Shown: one piece after another, positions 32,405-42,668 of the stretch | How the letters are laid out: every line of letters begins with the position of its first letter | Numbering within the stretch: position 1 is the first letter of the stretch | Translations under genes and position numbers: made by a program | NCBI GenBank assembly: GCA_035623825.1 | Contig: DASPSR010000020.1 | Coordinates: forward strand, 32,001-96,000 | Source: Nitrospirota bacterium | GTDB lineage: Bacteria; Nitrospirota; UBA9217 | DNA: 64,000 nt | Direction: 5' to 3' | Notes under the pieces: model-generated | Databases searched by the model: none | Told to the model about the DNA's origin: nothing | The model's input: the letters and a program-made list of their open reading frames with translations, nothing else

Positions 32405-33367
32405 TTAGCGAACATTTTTCTTTTTTAAGGTGTTTTTCATTTTTTTGCTAACATTCTTAAAAAATATTTTCCAAGAATACATTTCATAATAACTTCTTAC
32501 TAGAAAATATTTTATGTCGATATTCTTAGAATTCTCGCGCCTGCTTTTTTCAGAAAGTCTCAAGGCGTGTTCAGCAGCATTATCAAAATGCCTTTTTTTT
32601 AAATTAATGGCTATTTTCATGTTGAACGAGGCTAAGGTTTCCCCGTTCGTTTTCATGTCCTCATAGAGCTCATTTAAGCACGCAGCAAAATAATTATTGC
32701 ATTCTTTCACATGAATTGAGCCAAGCACCGCGGTCCCCTGTTCCGGATGCACTCGTGACTTTATCAATGATTGGGGGAGATGCATGAAATCATATTTTTT
32801 TGCCATTCTGAACCACAGATCGTAATCTTGCACGGTCTTTAACCGATTATCGAATGTCCCGACGACTTCGAAGCACGACCGTGGAACTAGCGTGGTACAG
32901 CCATGGATCGGGTTGCCAACAATCAATGCGTAACGAAAGTCTCGAGGGTCAATATCCTTTATTTTTTCCGAACGGATATATTGGGACTCGCGGTCAATCA
33001 GGTCATAATCACTGTAAAGTATTACGTCTTTATTTATTTTTTTTAAGTAATCTACCTGCGCTTCAACCTTCTGGGGATAATACACGTCATCATGGCTCAA
33101 CCACGAAAAATACTCTCCCCGCATTTCCCTGATGCCGAAATTCAATGCGGATGCTACGCCCCCGTTCTCCTTATAATAATACCGTATTCTTTCTCCATAG
33201 GACTTCGCAATGTTTTCGGTCTGTCCGCCGTCGGTGGAGCCATCATTGACGACGATTATCTCGATATTTTGATAGGTCTGCGCAAGTGCGCTGTCAATCG
33301 CTTCTCGAAGGAAATTAGCACCATTATAAACCGGTATGACGATTGATACCTTTGGGTTGAACTCCAT
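32405..33367 (-). CDS. Glycosyltransferase family 2
   Basis: SIVIPVYN, NDGSTD, WLSHDD, QDYDLW. Confidence 0.92.
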   Translation of the reverse strand: MEFNPKVSIVIPVYNGANFLREAIDSALAQTYQNIEIIVVNDGSTDGGQTENIAKSYGERIRYYYKENGGVASALNFGIREMRGEYFSWLSHDDVYYPQKVEAQVDYLKKINKDVILYSDYDLIDRESQYIRSEKIKDIDPRDFRYALIVGNPIHGCTTLVPRSCFEVVGTFDNRLKTVQDYDLWFRMAKKYDFMHLPQSLIKSRVHPEQGTAVLGSIHVKECNNYFAACLNELYEDMKTNGETLASFNMKIAINLKKRHFDNAAEHALRLSEKSRRENSKNIDIKYFLVRSYYEMYSWKIFFKNVSKKMKNTLKKKNVR

Positions 33368-33368
33368 T

Positions 33369-34454
33369 TTATCTCCACTTATATCCGAGAACGATCTTGG
33401 CGACGATGCTGCTTACATCCCGAACCAGATATTCGGGCGGTGGAGACCAATTGCAGGGTCTGTCGAGCACCGTCCGAACGCAGGAGAGAATTGTTTCTGG
33501 TAGAGCGCCGCCCAACATGTTGCTGCCAACTTCCAATGTTTCCGGGCGTTCGGTGACATCGCGAAGTGTGACGGCGGGTACATTGAAGATACAGCATTCT
33601 TCCTGAACCGTTCCCGAATCAGTCAGTACGCAGAGAGCATGCTGTTCCAGATGCACAAAATCAAATAACCCCAGTGGGGCTGTCGCACGTACCCCGTCGC
33701 GGTTCATGAACAATCCTTGCATCTTGAGCTGAGAACGTGTCCGGGGGTGAAGGCTGCAAATTACCGGCAAGTTGTATTCCCGGTAAATCTGATGCAGGGC
33801 ATCGAGAAAAGATGCCAGTCGCTCCGGCACGTCAACATTTTCAGCACGATGCAGCGTTACAAGAAAATATTTACCTGCCTGCAGATTGAGATCTTCGAGT
33901 GCCGAGCTCGCCTTTATTTTTGGAGCGTAATAATCCAGAACCTCCTTTATCGGGTTGCCCGTCACATAAATTCGCTCTTCAGATATCCCCTCCCTCAAAA
34001 GATTGGCGCGGCTCCTCTCAGTATAGGGCATCAGAACATCGCTTGAATGGTCAATGATACGACGATTGACTTCCTCTGGAACACGGTCGTCGTAGCAGCG
34101 ATTTCCCGCTTCCATATGGAATACCGGGATCCCCATCCGTTTTCCAACGATCGCGGACAGCGCGCTGTTCGTATCACCGAGCAACAGCAGCCGATCTGGA
34201 TTCTCTTTTTTCAGAAAACGTTCGCATCCGATCAGAATTTCTCCTATCTGGCCCATTAAGGTTTCTGATCTGCTCTCAAGGACATGGTCCGGCGTCCGCA
34301 CGTCGAGCTGCTCAAAAAAGACATCGGAAAGGGTGGGGTCATAGTTCTGACCGGTATGGATCAGTACGTGATCGCAGAGTCTATCCAAGAGAGGGATGAC
34401 ACGGCTCAAGCGTATTATCTCCGGACGGGTCCCCAGTATGGTCATCACTTTCAT
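33369..34454 (-). CDS. UDP-N-acetylhexosamine 2-epimerase (WecB superfamily; FnlC/WbjD/QnlB-like)
   Basis: GTRPEII, HTGQNY, GDTNS, HMEAGNR, TDSGTVQEE, TERPE. Confidence 0.9.
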   Translation of the reverse strand: MKVMTILGTRPEIIRLSRVIPLLDRLCDHVLIHTGQNYDPTLSDVFFEQLDVRTPDHVLESRSETLMGQIGEILIGCERFLKKENPDRLLLLGDTNSALSAIVGKRMGIPVFHMEAGNRCYDDRVPEEVNRRIIDHSSDVLMPYTERSRANLLREGISEERIYVTGNPIKEVLDYYAPKIKASSALEDLNLQAGKYFLVTLHRAENVDVPERLASFLDALHQIYREYNLPVICSLHPRTRSQLKMQGLFMNRDGVRATAPLGLFDFVHLEQHALCVLTDSGTVQEECCIFNVPAVTLRDVTERPETLEVGSNMLGGALPETILSCVRTVLDRPCNWSPPPEYLVRDVSSIVAKIVLGYKWR

Positions 34455-35515
34455 CGCAGAAACTCCCCTTCCTCTATGATTTCCTGTCCGATCATCAGAT
34501 TGTGCTTTTCCAGAAGCTTTCTCGTTTCATCCATCGTCATCAGTGAATCACCGGAACTGTATTCTTTCTGCAGCGGCTTATCGCCTGTTTGCTTTTTTAC
34601 CATCTCCGGCAGCATGGGTTTTATCGCGAAGTAATCGCCTCGCTCGAAGGTGCGCCAGGCCTCTTCATCGGATACCATGATTTCATGGACTTTTTCACCG
34701 GGGCGAATCCCGGTAACCACAACCTTGATATTTCGACCGTTAATCAGAGCGTTCGCGACGTCAACGATGCGAGCAGCCGGGACTTTCGGTACAAAAGTCT
34801 CGCCTGGTCTTGCCGTTTCAATTGCAGCGAAAACGGTATCAACAGCCCTCTCCAGCGGCAGCAGGAATCGCGTCATATCCATAGTCGTGATGGTCACCGG
34901 TCCGCCATTTTTTATTTGCTCGTGAAACAACGGAATCACCGATCCCCGGGAGGCCAGGACATTTCCGTACCGTACGCAGATGAATCGCGTCCAGGGCACT
35001 GTAATATTTGCTGCGATCAGGACCCGTTCCTGGATCGCCTTTGTCATGCCCATGACATTTACCGGTTTGCACGCTTTATCAGTTGAAACACCGATCACTG
35101 TTTCTATAGGCAGGTTATTTTCTCTAATGGCGCGAACGATATTTTCAACGCCATTGATGTTCGTCTGGACAGCCTCAAAAGGAAAGTATTCGCACGAAGG
35201 AACTTGCTTGAGCGCCGCTGCATTGATGACTATGTCCGCATTTTTCAGAACCGAACAGACCGAATGATAGTCTCGCACATCGCCGATCCTGAACTCGAGC
35301 AGTTGTTCAAAATTATGGTAAATGACCTCATCGGTGACTTTTTTCTTGTGCTGATACTCAATCCGCATAAAATGCTGTTTTGCCTCGTCGCGGGAAAATA
35401 TGATGATTTTCTTCGGCGTCCCCGCGCTACCACCTAACAGCCGGTGTGTCAGCACTTTGCCGAGGGATCCGGTACCTCCTGTGATAACAACTCTTTTGTT
35501 CTCGAATAAGGGCAT
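34451..35515 (-). CDS. Soluble UDP-GlcNAc 4,6-dehydratase/epimerase (FnlA/CapE/WbjB-like)
   Basis: TGGTGSLG, SRDEAKQ, AAALKQVPSCE, STDKAC, RYGNVLASRGS. Confidence 0.88.
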   Translation of the reverse strand: MPLFENKRVVITGGTGSLGKVLTHRLLGGSAGTPKKIIIFSRDEAKQHFMRIEYQHKKKVTDEVIYHNFEQLLEFRIGDVRDYHSVCSVLKNADIVINAAALKQVPSCEYFPFEAVQTNINGVENIVRAIRENNLPIETVIGVSTDKACKPVNVMGMTKAIQERVLIAANITVPWTRFICVRYGNVLASRGSVIPLFHEQIKNGGPVTITTMDMTRFLLPLERAVDTVFAAIETARPGETFVPKVPAARIVDVANALINGRNIKVVVTGIRPGEKVHEIMVSDEEAWRTFERGDYFAIKPMLPEMVKKQTGDKPLQKEYSSGDSLMTMDETRKLLEKHNLMIGQEIIEEGEFLR

Positions 35516-35536
35516 GAGGTCGTCTCCTTATGCAAT

Positions 35537-36433
35537 TCAAGATAACTGCCTGTGACGAACCTTGAAGTCACGATACATTGCATCAACCAGTTCTGGCCAT
35601 CGGGGGGGTCTGTAACCTGTCGCGGCTCGGAAGCGCTTTGAATCGAGCGAGCGATCGAGCACAAAGTCGTCAAAGGGCTCGATCTCGATCTTTTTCCCGT
35701 ATCTTTCAGCCACAAGCCTGAGCAGTTCGTATTTGGAGATAGGGTCCGATGAAACATGATAGAGGCCGTGCAATCCTTTGTTGGGGATTACCCAGTCAGA
35801 AATGATGTTCCCCATCTCTATAGTAGGGAACCCGGAGTAGATCGCCCTGGTGAAGCCTCTCACCTTCCCTTCCTGGGAAAGGAACCATTCAATGAGACCG
35901 TGCCTTCCTTTTAATTCATGTCCGATGATGGAAGTCCTCAGGGTCACACAGCGCGGATAGTCAACCTCTCCCAATAGTTTTGTGCGACCGTAGAGATCAT
36001 TTGCATCGGGAAAGTCTTCTTCCGTATATGCTCCTTTTTTACCGGAAAAGACACAATCGGTGCTAATATGGATCATCCGTGCGCCAACGGTCTCGCACGT
36101 CCGAGCAAGTTGGTGAGGGAAGAGGGAATTGATACTGATGGAGAGGAGCGAATTCTTTGCTTCAGGTAGCTGTTTAACAATGCCGATACAGTTAATCACC
36201 ACGTCGGGCCTTATTTCGTTAACAATACTATGGACCGAATCAAAATCGTTCACATCGATATTATTGCGAACTTTCTGCAACAGTTGAGGCGAGAGCCATC
36301 CCTCGAGTCCATCGTACCTGCGTGAAGTACCGAGGACGCTGAAATCCGTTCTCTCAGACAAACGAATGAATAGAGAATGTCCTAACATTCCCGTTATGCC
36401 TAGTATAAGTATTTTTGCGCTGCCTTGCATCAT
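35537..36433 (-). CDS. RmlD-like SDR reductase (QnlA/WbvR-like)
   Basis: GITGMLG, NCIGIVKQ, INSLFPH, ISTDCVF, YGRTK, RTSIIG. Confidence 0.82.
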   Translation of the reverse strand: MMQGSAKILILGITGMLGHSLFIRLSERTDFSVLGTSRRYDGLEGWLSPQLLQKVRNNIDVNDFDSVHSIVNEIRPDVVINCIGIVKQLPEAKNSLLSISINSLFPHQLARTCETVGARMIHISTDCVFSGKKGAYTEEDFPDANDLYGRTKLLGEVDYPRCVTLRTSIIGHELKGRHGLIEWFLSQEGKVRGFTRAIYSGFPTIEMGNIISDWVIPNKGLHGLYHVSSDPISKYELLRLVAERYGKKIEIEPFDDFVLDRSLDSKRFRAATGYRPPRWPELVDAMYRDFKVRHRQLS

Positions 36434-36562
36434 GCAAACCTCATTCCCTATCTAAAAAAGTCAGAGCCTGATTATAAAGGCCTTCGGGTCGGTCATCAAT
36501 TAATTGCATGATAAAAACATGCCTCCGTTAAGGGGCTGATTTCGTTTTTATCTTATAACGAT

Positions 36563-37255
36563 TCATTCTCTCCCAACAAATTTAAGAATAAATTTAAGGA
36601 CGATGTTTTCAAAACGTGACGAATTTTTCCAAAAGACTGCGTAGTCCTGACCAGGGCGTTCAAATATAAGGGACATCGTTGAGTGCAAGGCAGCATAAGC
36701 CGGTTTGACGGAATCCCATGATATGTCATCAATGATTACAAATCCATTATTGTTGAGGCGGGGCAGATACAATCTTACATCATCCATCACCCGCTGTGTA
36801 TCATGGTTTCCATCTATGTGAATAAGATCGAAATAAACATCATTTTCTAAAAAATAATTAATTGCATCTTGTGATGGCTCCCTTAATAATCTACAGTAAT
36901 GCTCAAAATGATATGTTCTTCTGAATGATTCAACCTCTTCATAAACTTTTTGAAAATCGGTCGTTGTAACGAAATTTTCTATTTCAGCCTTCAACTTCTT
37001 ATTGTCGTACTCCATGGCTTCACTCTTATCCCAAGGGTCAACTCCGTAAACAATCCCTCCGCTGAAGCGAGAATGTGCCAACGCCTGAGGGAAAAGCGAC
37101 CTGCCTCTATAAACACCTATATCGACTGTTATTTTCAATTTATACCGTTTTATCAAATAGGCCATTAAAGATGCCTTGCTGAGACCACACCCCCCTCCAA
37201 AATCTGCAGTAATTTTGCTTAAAATGTCTTTAACATCATTTCGCAAGCTGCCCAT
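36563..37255 (-). CDS. Class I SAM-dependent methyltransferase (Methyltransf_24-like)
   Basis: VDIGVYRGRS, GVDPW, DLIHIDGNH, IIDD. Confidence 0.85.
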   Translation of the reverse strand: MGSLRNDVKDILSKITADFGGGCGLSKASLMAYLIKRYKLKITVDIGVYRGRSLFPQALAHSRFSGGIVYGVDPWDKSEAMEYDNKKLKAEIENFVTTTDFQKVYEEVESFRRTYHFEHYCRLLREPSQDAINYFLENDVYFDLIHIDGNHDTQRVMDDVRLYLPRLNNNGFVIIDDISWDSVKPAYAALHSTMSLIFERPGQDYAVFWKNSSRFENIVLKFILKFVGRE

Positions 37256-37278
37256 TTGCTAGCTCTCCTCCAATAATC

Positions 37279-38412
37279 TCATTTCATCTGTTTTAAAATG
37301 TCACAGATTTTTTCCACATCGCCTGTAGAAAGGCCTCCGTACAGAGGCAACGATAATACCTGCTGAACGACCTCGTGCGCGACTGGTAAGTTATTTGGCG
37401 TGGCAGATGGAATTTGCCGGTAACACAAGTAATTACTGCACAAGGGATAAAAATATTTCCTGGTATATACATTGAATTCTTTGAATTTATTATAAACGTA
37501 GTCTCTCGACTTCCCGAACTTCTCTTCATCAATGCGTATTACGAAATACTGATAGCTATTGGTAACACTTGCCATATCTTTACTGATTTTAATGCCATCA
37601 ATATTTTGTAGAGCACTTGTGTAAGCCTTAACCAGTTCTTTTCTTTTTCTCTTTTCCTCTCCTATATAATCCAAGAGCACTAGACCAAGCGCAGCCTGAA
37701 TTTCATTCATCTTGCCATTGATGCCTGGCATAACTACTTCTTCTTCATTCTTTATCCCGAAATTTTTCAACAAATCTATGCGCGGCTTCAGGTTTTTATC
37801 AGAGAAGGCGAGAGCGCCCCCTTCCGCCGTATGAAAGAGTTTCGTCGCATGGAAGCTGAACATTGTTATGTCGCCAAAATTGCCGACCCCAATGTCGTCA
37901 ATTTCAACGCCGAATGCATGCGCCGCATCGTAAATTACTCGTAACCCGTAGCGATCGGCCACTTTTTGTATTTTCTGGACGTCACACGGCGTGCCAAACA
38001 CGTGGACTGCAAGAATCCCTGTCGTCTGCGGCGTTATCATGTATTCGATTTTATCGGGATCGATATTCATTGTCTCGTTGTCAATGTCGCAAAAAATCGG
38101 CTTGATATTATTCCACGTCAGCACATGCGACGTGGCCGGGAAGGTAAATGGAGTTGTTATTACCTCACCGGTCAGGCGCAGGCTCTGACATGCCGTGATC
38201 AATGCTATTGTGCCATTATTAAATAGAGATAAATTTTGTACTTTGAGGACACTGGTAAGTTTTTCTTCAAGCGAGATATGTTGTGGTCCGTTATTCGTGA
38301 GCCATTGGCTCTCCCACACTTCTTCAAGCTTATGAGTGACCTCCTTTAGATTGGGAAGGAGCGGTCGCGTAACGTAAATAGGTTTGTCAAACGGTTTTAT
38401 TTTTGGAGACAT
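37279..38412 (-). CDS. DegT-family aminotransferase, VioA-like
   Basis: PIYVTRP, WLTNNGP, YDAAHAFG, SFHATK, GINGKMNE, RKYFYP. Confidence 0.88.
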   Translation of the reverse strand: MSPKIKPFDKPIYVTRPLLPNLKEVTHKLEEVWESQWLTNNGPQHISLEEKLTSVLKVQNLSLFNNGTIALITACQSLRLTGEVITTPFTFPATSHVLTWNNIKPIFCDIDNETMNIDPDKIEYMITPQTTGILAVHVFGTPCDVQKIQKVADRYGLRVIYDAAHAFGVEIDDIGVGNFGDITMFSFHATKLFHTAEGGALAFSDKNLKPRIDLLKNFGIKNEEEVVMPGINGKMNEIQAALGLVLLDYIGEEKRKRKELVKAYTSALQNIDGIKISKDMASVTNSYQYFVIRIDEEKFGKSRDYVYNKFKEFNVYTRKYFYPLCSNYLCYRQIPSATPNNLPVAHEVVQQVLSLPLYGGLSTGDVEKICDILKQMK

Positions 38413-38436
38413 CAGATCACCTCTAAAGCGAACATG

Positions 38437-38967
38437 CTATTTCATCCCAGTGTCAGAAAGGTATTTCTCATAGTTCCCAAGGACAGCGGATCGATTTCGA
38501 TCGCTTATTTTTTTATTTCCAATATAGACGCCCCAAGGCTCCAAATCTCTCGTCACAACAGAACATGCGCCTATAGTAGATCCTTCACCAAGAGTAACGC
38601 CTGGCAGGATGACACTATTCGCACCTACGATACAGAACTTTCCGATTTTAATGGGTGCCCTTTTAGTGTTGCGATATTGTTCAGGGATAGTAGAATTTCC
38701 AAAGCCCCAGTCCTTAAAATCATCTGTGCCTGTCAGGATTCGACAGCCCTGTGATAATGCAGCGAAATCACCGATACTGACGAACTCGCCGCCCGTTATC
38801 GAGGCAAAACAGGCGATATGGACATGATTCCCAATTTTAATTTTATTTTTTGCATGTATAAAAACGAAATCGTCTATTATTATATTTTCACCAAATTCAA
38901 TATTCTCAATGCCGACTATTTTCGTAAATTCGAATAATTTGATCCCGCGAATTTTGTAGTTATCCAT
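38437..38967 (-). CDS. Hexapeptide acyltransferase, VioB-like
   Basis: IIDDF..IGNHVHIA, VGANSVILPGVTLGEG; adjacent to the vioA-like gene. Confidence 0.8.
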   Translation of the reverse strand: MDNYKIRGIKLFEFTKIVGIENIEFGENIIIDDFVFIHAKNKIKIGNHVHIACFASITGGEFVSIGDFAALSQGCRILTGTDDFKDWGFGNSTIPEQYRNTKRAPIKIGKFCIVGANSVILPGVTLGEGSTIGACSVVTRDLEPWGVYIGNKKISDRNRSAVLGNYEKYLSDTGMK

Positions 38968-40165
38968 GTCCTACCCCGCCAGTCAATTTCATGTAACCGT
39001 TTATCACTTTTAACCGAGCGCCAATTTGTTTGTCTTCGTCAAACATCTCTTGAATGGCGATCGTCCCCTTTTTGGCCAATTCATATAACCTTTTTGGATT
39101 ATCATGATAATAAGTGATCTTATCCACAATTTCGTCAACGAGTGTATTGATGATAACGATATCTTCACCGTCCGCAAAAGAACAATTCAAATTAAGTATA
39201 TCCGTAGCAAATATTGCTACACCACATATCCCAGCCTCAATGCAGCAACCCGTGGGAAAACCATCAAAGGCGCCTTGTTCCAGGAGAAACGGTTTATTTG
39301 GCGACAAAATGATATCCATATGAGAATAAAAATCAGGGAAGAAGCGTGTGTGTCGGCTGCCGTAAAAATAGATATCTCTATCAATAGCCGTGACGTCCAT
39401 ATCAGTTCTGTCGAAATTGCCCACAACATGAAATTTTACGTCTTTATTTTTCTTTTTTAATATCTTTGCAGCTTCGATGAATACGTCATACCCCTTGTCC
39501 CTGCCTTCAGGCAGGTATTTATTTGCCACGAAACAGATATCAAATGATGCCTTGTCGTCTGGATAATATTTCTTCTGCTTCCTATTGCGCATATACCAAT
39601 GTATCGGGAGGACAACGCCGTAAACAAATTCAATCTGATCGGGCTTACAGAGCTTTTTCTGAATGAGATACTCATAAGATATTTTTTGCGTAACAATCAC
39701 TTTCCTGAAATAAGGTGAGCTTAGTATTCTTTTAAGCCTGCTATCAGAAACTTTATTATCCAGACGGAAAAATCCCCCTGGATAAAGTTCAAAGACAAAT
39801 GGTACCTTATACTTTTCAATGTACGGGAGGAACTCGTAAGTGTTATGAAGAAATACTATATATGCCAGCTTTCCCGAGAAATCTATGAATTTGTTAAATT
39901 TAAATATTCGGGACGCATATTGCGGATATAGTGTTCTATATTTCTTTTTTTCCTCACGGAACCTCCCAAATGAAGAGTACACTACTGAATTGTCAAAGTG
40001 GCCCAAATATGCATTGAATTCAGTTATTCTGAACGGGGAAAGAAGACAAGGAAATGTATCGTCATAAATAACCAATCTCTCTTTATCGGTCTTTGGATGC
40101 TCAGCCTTATAACATAAGAATCTTATCCAATCATTCGTTTTTTTTCGAATTGATTTCAAACTCAT
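38960..40165 (-). CDS. Glycosyltransferase (GT-B fold, family 4-like)
   Basis: DKGYDVF, FDGFPTGCCIEAG. Confidence 0.78.
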   Translation of the reverse strand: MSLKSIRKKTNDWIRFLCYKAEHPKTDKERLVIYDDTFPCLLSPFRITEFNAYLGHFDNSVVYSSFGRFREEKKKYRTLYPQYASRIFKFNKFIDFSGKLAYIVFLHNTYEFLPYIEKYKVPFVFELYPGGFFRLDNKVSDSRLKRILSSPYFRKVIVTQKISYEYLIQKKLCKPDQIEFVYGVVLPIHWYMRNRKQKKYYPDDKASFDICFVANKYLPEGRDKGYDVFIEAAKILKKKNKDVKFHVVGNFDRTDMDVTAIDRDIYFYGSRHTRFFPDFYSHMDIILSPNKPFLLEQGAFDGFPTGCCIEAGICGVAIFATDILNLNCSFADGEDIVIINTLVDEIVDKITYYHDNPKRLYELAKKGTIAIQEMFDEDKQIGARLKVINGYMKLTGGVGHG

Positions 40166-40195
40166 TTTACAGATCCCTTAATACTATATCCCCGT

Positions 40196-41425
40196 CTATG
40201 AACGCATGCACTTCAACGCCAGCTCAAATTTTTTTACAAATTCTTCCCAAAGCATCTCTCTTAATGTCCTTGCATATGCGGCTTCGCCCATTTTTTTTGC
40301 TATTTCGGGATGCCCCGCCAATTCTGCTATCTTTTCGGCTATATCACTTGGATTCAATGCGTCTGCGTGCAGTCCCGTGACCCCATCGACCACAATCTCC
40401 GATGGACCGCCGTGGTTCGATACTATGCTTGGTTTCTTCAATAGCGCTGCTTCGACCGGGACAAGTCCGAAAGGCTCGTCGAGCGGAACGTGAATGAGAA
40501 TATCTGATTCCGCATATAATCTCCATACATCCTTGTGAGGAACTGCGCCAATAAACCGTACCGAGTCGCTCAACCCCATGCTGTGACATTTTCTTTTAAA
40601 ATAGGCAAGATGAGGTCCACCCCCTGCTATTTTATAATGAAACCCTTCGGGGAGGCTGTTCCTCTCTTTCAGTATTTTTACAGCTTTCAAAATGGTATCA
40701 ATATTTTTTTGGATTTCTACACGTGCAACAGTCACTAAGGAACTCCTTTGTTCATTAACGGCTGCAAAACGCGAAGCTTCCTCGATATAACTCTTGAATC
40801 GTTCAAGAGGAATCCCCAGAGGGCAGGACTGCACACCGATACCATAAATCTTTTTTGCCATGCAAGCAGTGTAGGTACTGTTCGCAAGTACGCTGTCGCA
40901 CGAGGCGATCGCCGCCTTGTCAAGGCGCCTGTAGCCGAAAAGAGATTGTCTGAGAGAGCGAAAAATCTTTTTAGGGCGGTACCTGTTCCACATGTTTCTG
41001 AGCCCTGAAAGCTGCCGATAGTGGACACTTAATATTTTTTCATAAAAGTTTGGTTGAAGATTATGCAGATACAAGAGAACCCTGGGAAATTCCTTCATTT
41101 GCTGTTTTGCGTAATACACCCACAGGCTCGCTGGATAATTGTGCGGATTTATCACATCGAACTCATACAAGGACAATTTCAGGGCTCTCTGGAGCGCCAT
41201 CCCTCCATCACGGTTTGTTCTCAGGGTCGACCGGTGTTTCTTGAAATCGAGCAGGCATACGTTGTACGGTCTCTCCCTCATATTGCCCCACACCTCCTCG
41301 GAAAACTCCCAGGTAAAGAGGGAAACATAGTGGCCGCGCTCGACCAGGCTTTCTGCAAGCCAGATAACGACATTTTCCGCACCGCCCACTGCGCGGAGCG
41401 AAGGATAAACGATTGCAATTCTCAT
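40196..41425 (-). CDS. Glycosyltransferase family 4
   Basis: GGAENV, KNID, EPFGLVPVEA. Confidence 0.9.
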   Translation of the reverse strand: MRIAIVYPSLRAVGGAENVVIWLAESLVERGHYVSLFTWEFSEEVWGNMRERPYNVCLLDFKKHRSTLRTNRDGGMALQRALKLSLYEFDVINPHNYPASLWVYYAKQQMKEFPRVLLYLHNLQPNFYEKILSVHYRQLSGLRNMWNRYRPKKIFRSLRQSLFGYRRLDKAAIASCDSVLANSTYTACMAKKIYGIGVQSCPLGIPLERFKSYIEEASRFAAVNEQRSSLVTVARVEIQKNIDTILKAVKILKERNSLPEGFHYKIAGGGPHLAYFKRKCHSMGLSDSVRFIGAVPHKDVWRLYAESDILIHVPLDEPFGLVPVEAALLKKPSIVSNHGGPSEIVVDGVTGLHADALNPSDIAEKIAELAGHPEIAKKMGEAAYARTLREMLWEEFVKKFELALKCMRS

Positions 41426-41434
41426 TTGATCTCT

Positions 41435-42511
41435 TTAATGAGTTCCCACGGCGCGGTAAACTTCCATGAGTTTTTCACCGAAACTGTCCATGGAAAAGAA
41501 ATCCCTTGCGTTTTTTCTGCAATCATCGGATAGAGCCTGATAGCGAGCCTTGTCTTGACGGAGGACTACGATTTTTTCCGCAAGGGTCTTGATGTCCTCC
41601 TGGTTGGAGTACAGCAAGCCGGAGCCGAAATCTTCAACCAGTTCTGCCCCTCCCTCTCCTTCACGCGCAACGATAGGAGTGCCTGCGGCCATACCCTCCA
41701 TCAATACGATTCCCAGCGCCTCGTTCTCCGAGGGAAGCAGCGTGATGTGACTGAGAGATAAGATCTCAGATGTATCCGCCGTCCAACCGGTAAACTGGAC
41801 GTTATCCTTCAGGTCAAGACTGGAGATGGCATCAACGAGCGACATATAGTAATCCCCTGACAGAGGATCTCCGATGACGAGAAGGAGCGGATTCTCCCCC
41901 AATTTTTTAAGGGCCGACATCAGTTCCAAGGAAATGAGGTGGCCTTTTCTCGGAATAATGCTGGCAACATGGCAGAAAACGGTGCTGTAACGGTCCGTAT
42001 TGAGTTTCGCTCTCCAGGCTTCCCGTTTTTCCTGATCGGGATGAAAAAACCGATCAACATCGATTCCCGGTCTGATTACGCTGACCTTTTCCTGTTTAAT
42101 TCCTTTTGACAGCACGACCTTTTTCAATTTATTGGATAGAACAACGACCTTGTCGGCGAACCTCAACCCAGGATGATATCGCGGAACCATCATTGTGGTC
42201 ACCACCGGCCTTTGCGTCAAAAAGGAAAGCAATACACCGAAATAGTCCGCCCTGTCCAGCGTTGTGTGGATGATGTCTATCGCATGGCTGCGCACGAGCT
42301 GTCTCAGGCGAAACAGATCCTTGATGCCGTCCAACGGGAGCCCGTGATACTCAACCCCCATGGCCCTTACTGCATCAGGCACGAAGCCAGTGGTGCCACG
42401 GCCCACAACGATGACGCGGTTGGCCATTTTATCCAAGATGTGGACCTGATCAAGGAAAATCCTTTGTGCACCATAACGGTCGTTTTTCGATATTATAAGA
42501 AGGATGTTCAC
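41435..42511 (-). CDS. Glycosyltransferase family 4
   Basis: RKGH, PSENEALGIVLMEGMAAG. Confidence 0.9.
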   Translation of the reverse strand: MNILLIISKNDRYGAQRIFLDQVHILDKMANRVIVVGRGTTGFVPDAVRAMGVEYHGLPLDGIKDLFRLRQLVRSHAIDIIHTTLDRADYFGVLLSFLTQRPVVTTMMVPRYHPGLRFADKVVVLSNKLKKVVLSKGIKQEKVSVIRPGIDVDRFFHPDQEKREAWRAKLNTDRYSTVFCHVASIIPRKGHLISLELMSALKKLGENPLLLVIGDPLSGDYYMSLVDAISSLDLKDNVQFTGWTADTSEILSLSHITLLPSENEALGIVLMEGMAAGTPIVAREGEGGAELVEDFGSGLLYSNQEDIKTLAEKIVVLRQDKARYQALSDDCRKNARDFFSMDSFGEKLMEVYRAVGTH

Positions 42512-42668
42512 TATTTAACCACGGATCCGCGCTCGTTCAGATACGGTTGGATATTAACAACCTTGGGACCATCTGTCAATCAACAAGTACCAGAGTCCGC
42601 AATGATATTCTTCGTGTATTTCATCTTTTCATCCTCACAGGATAGCAGCCTCGCGGCTGCCCGCTCCT

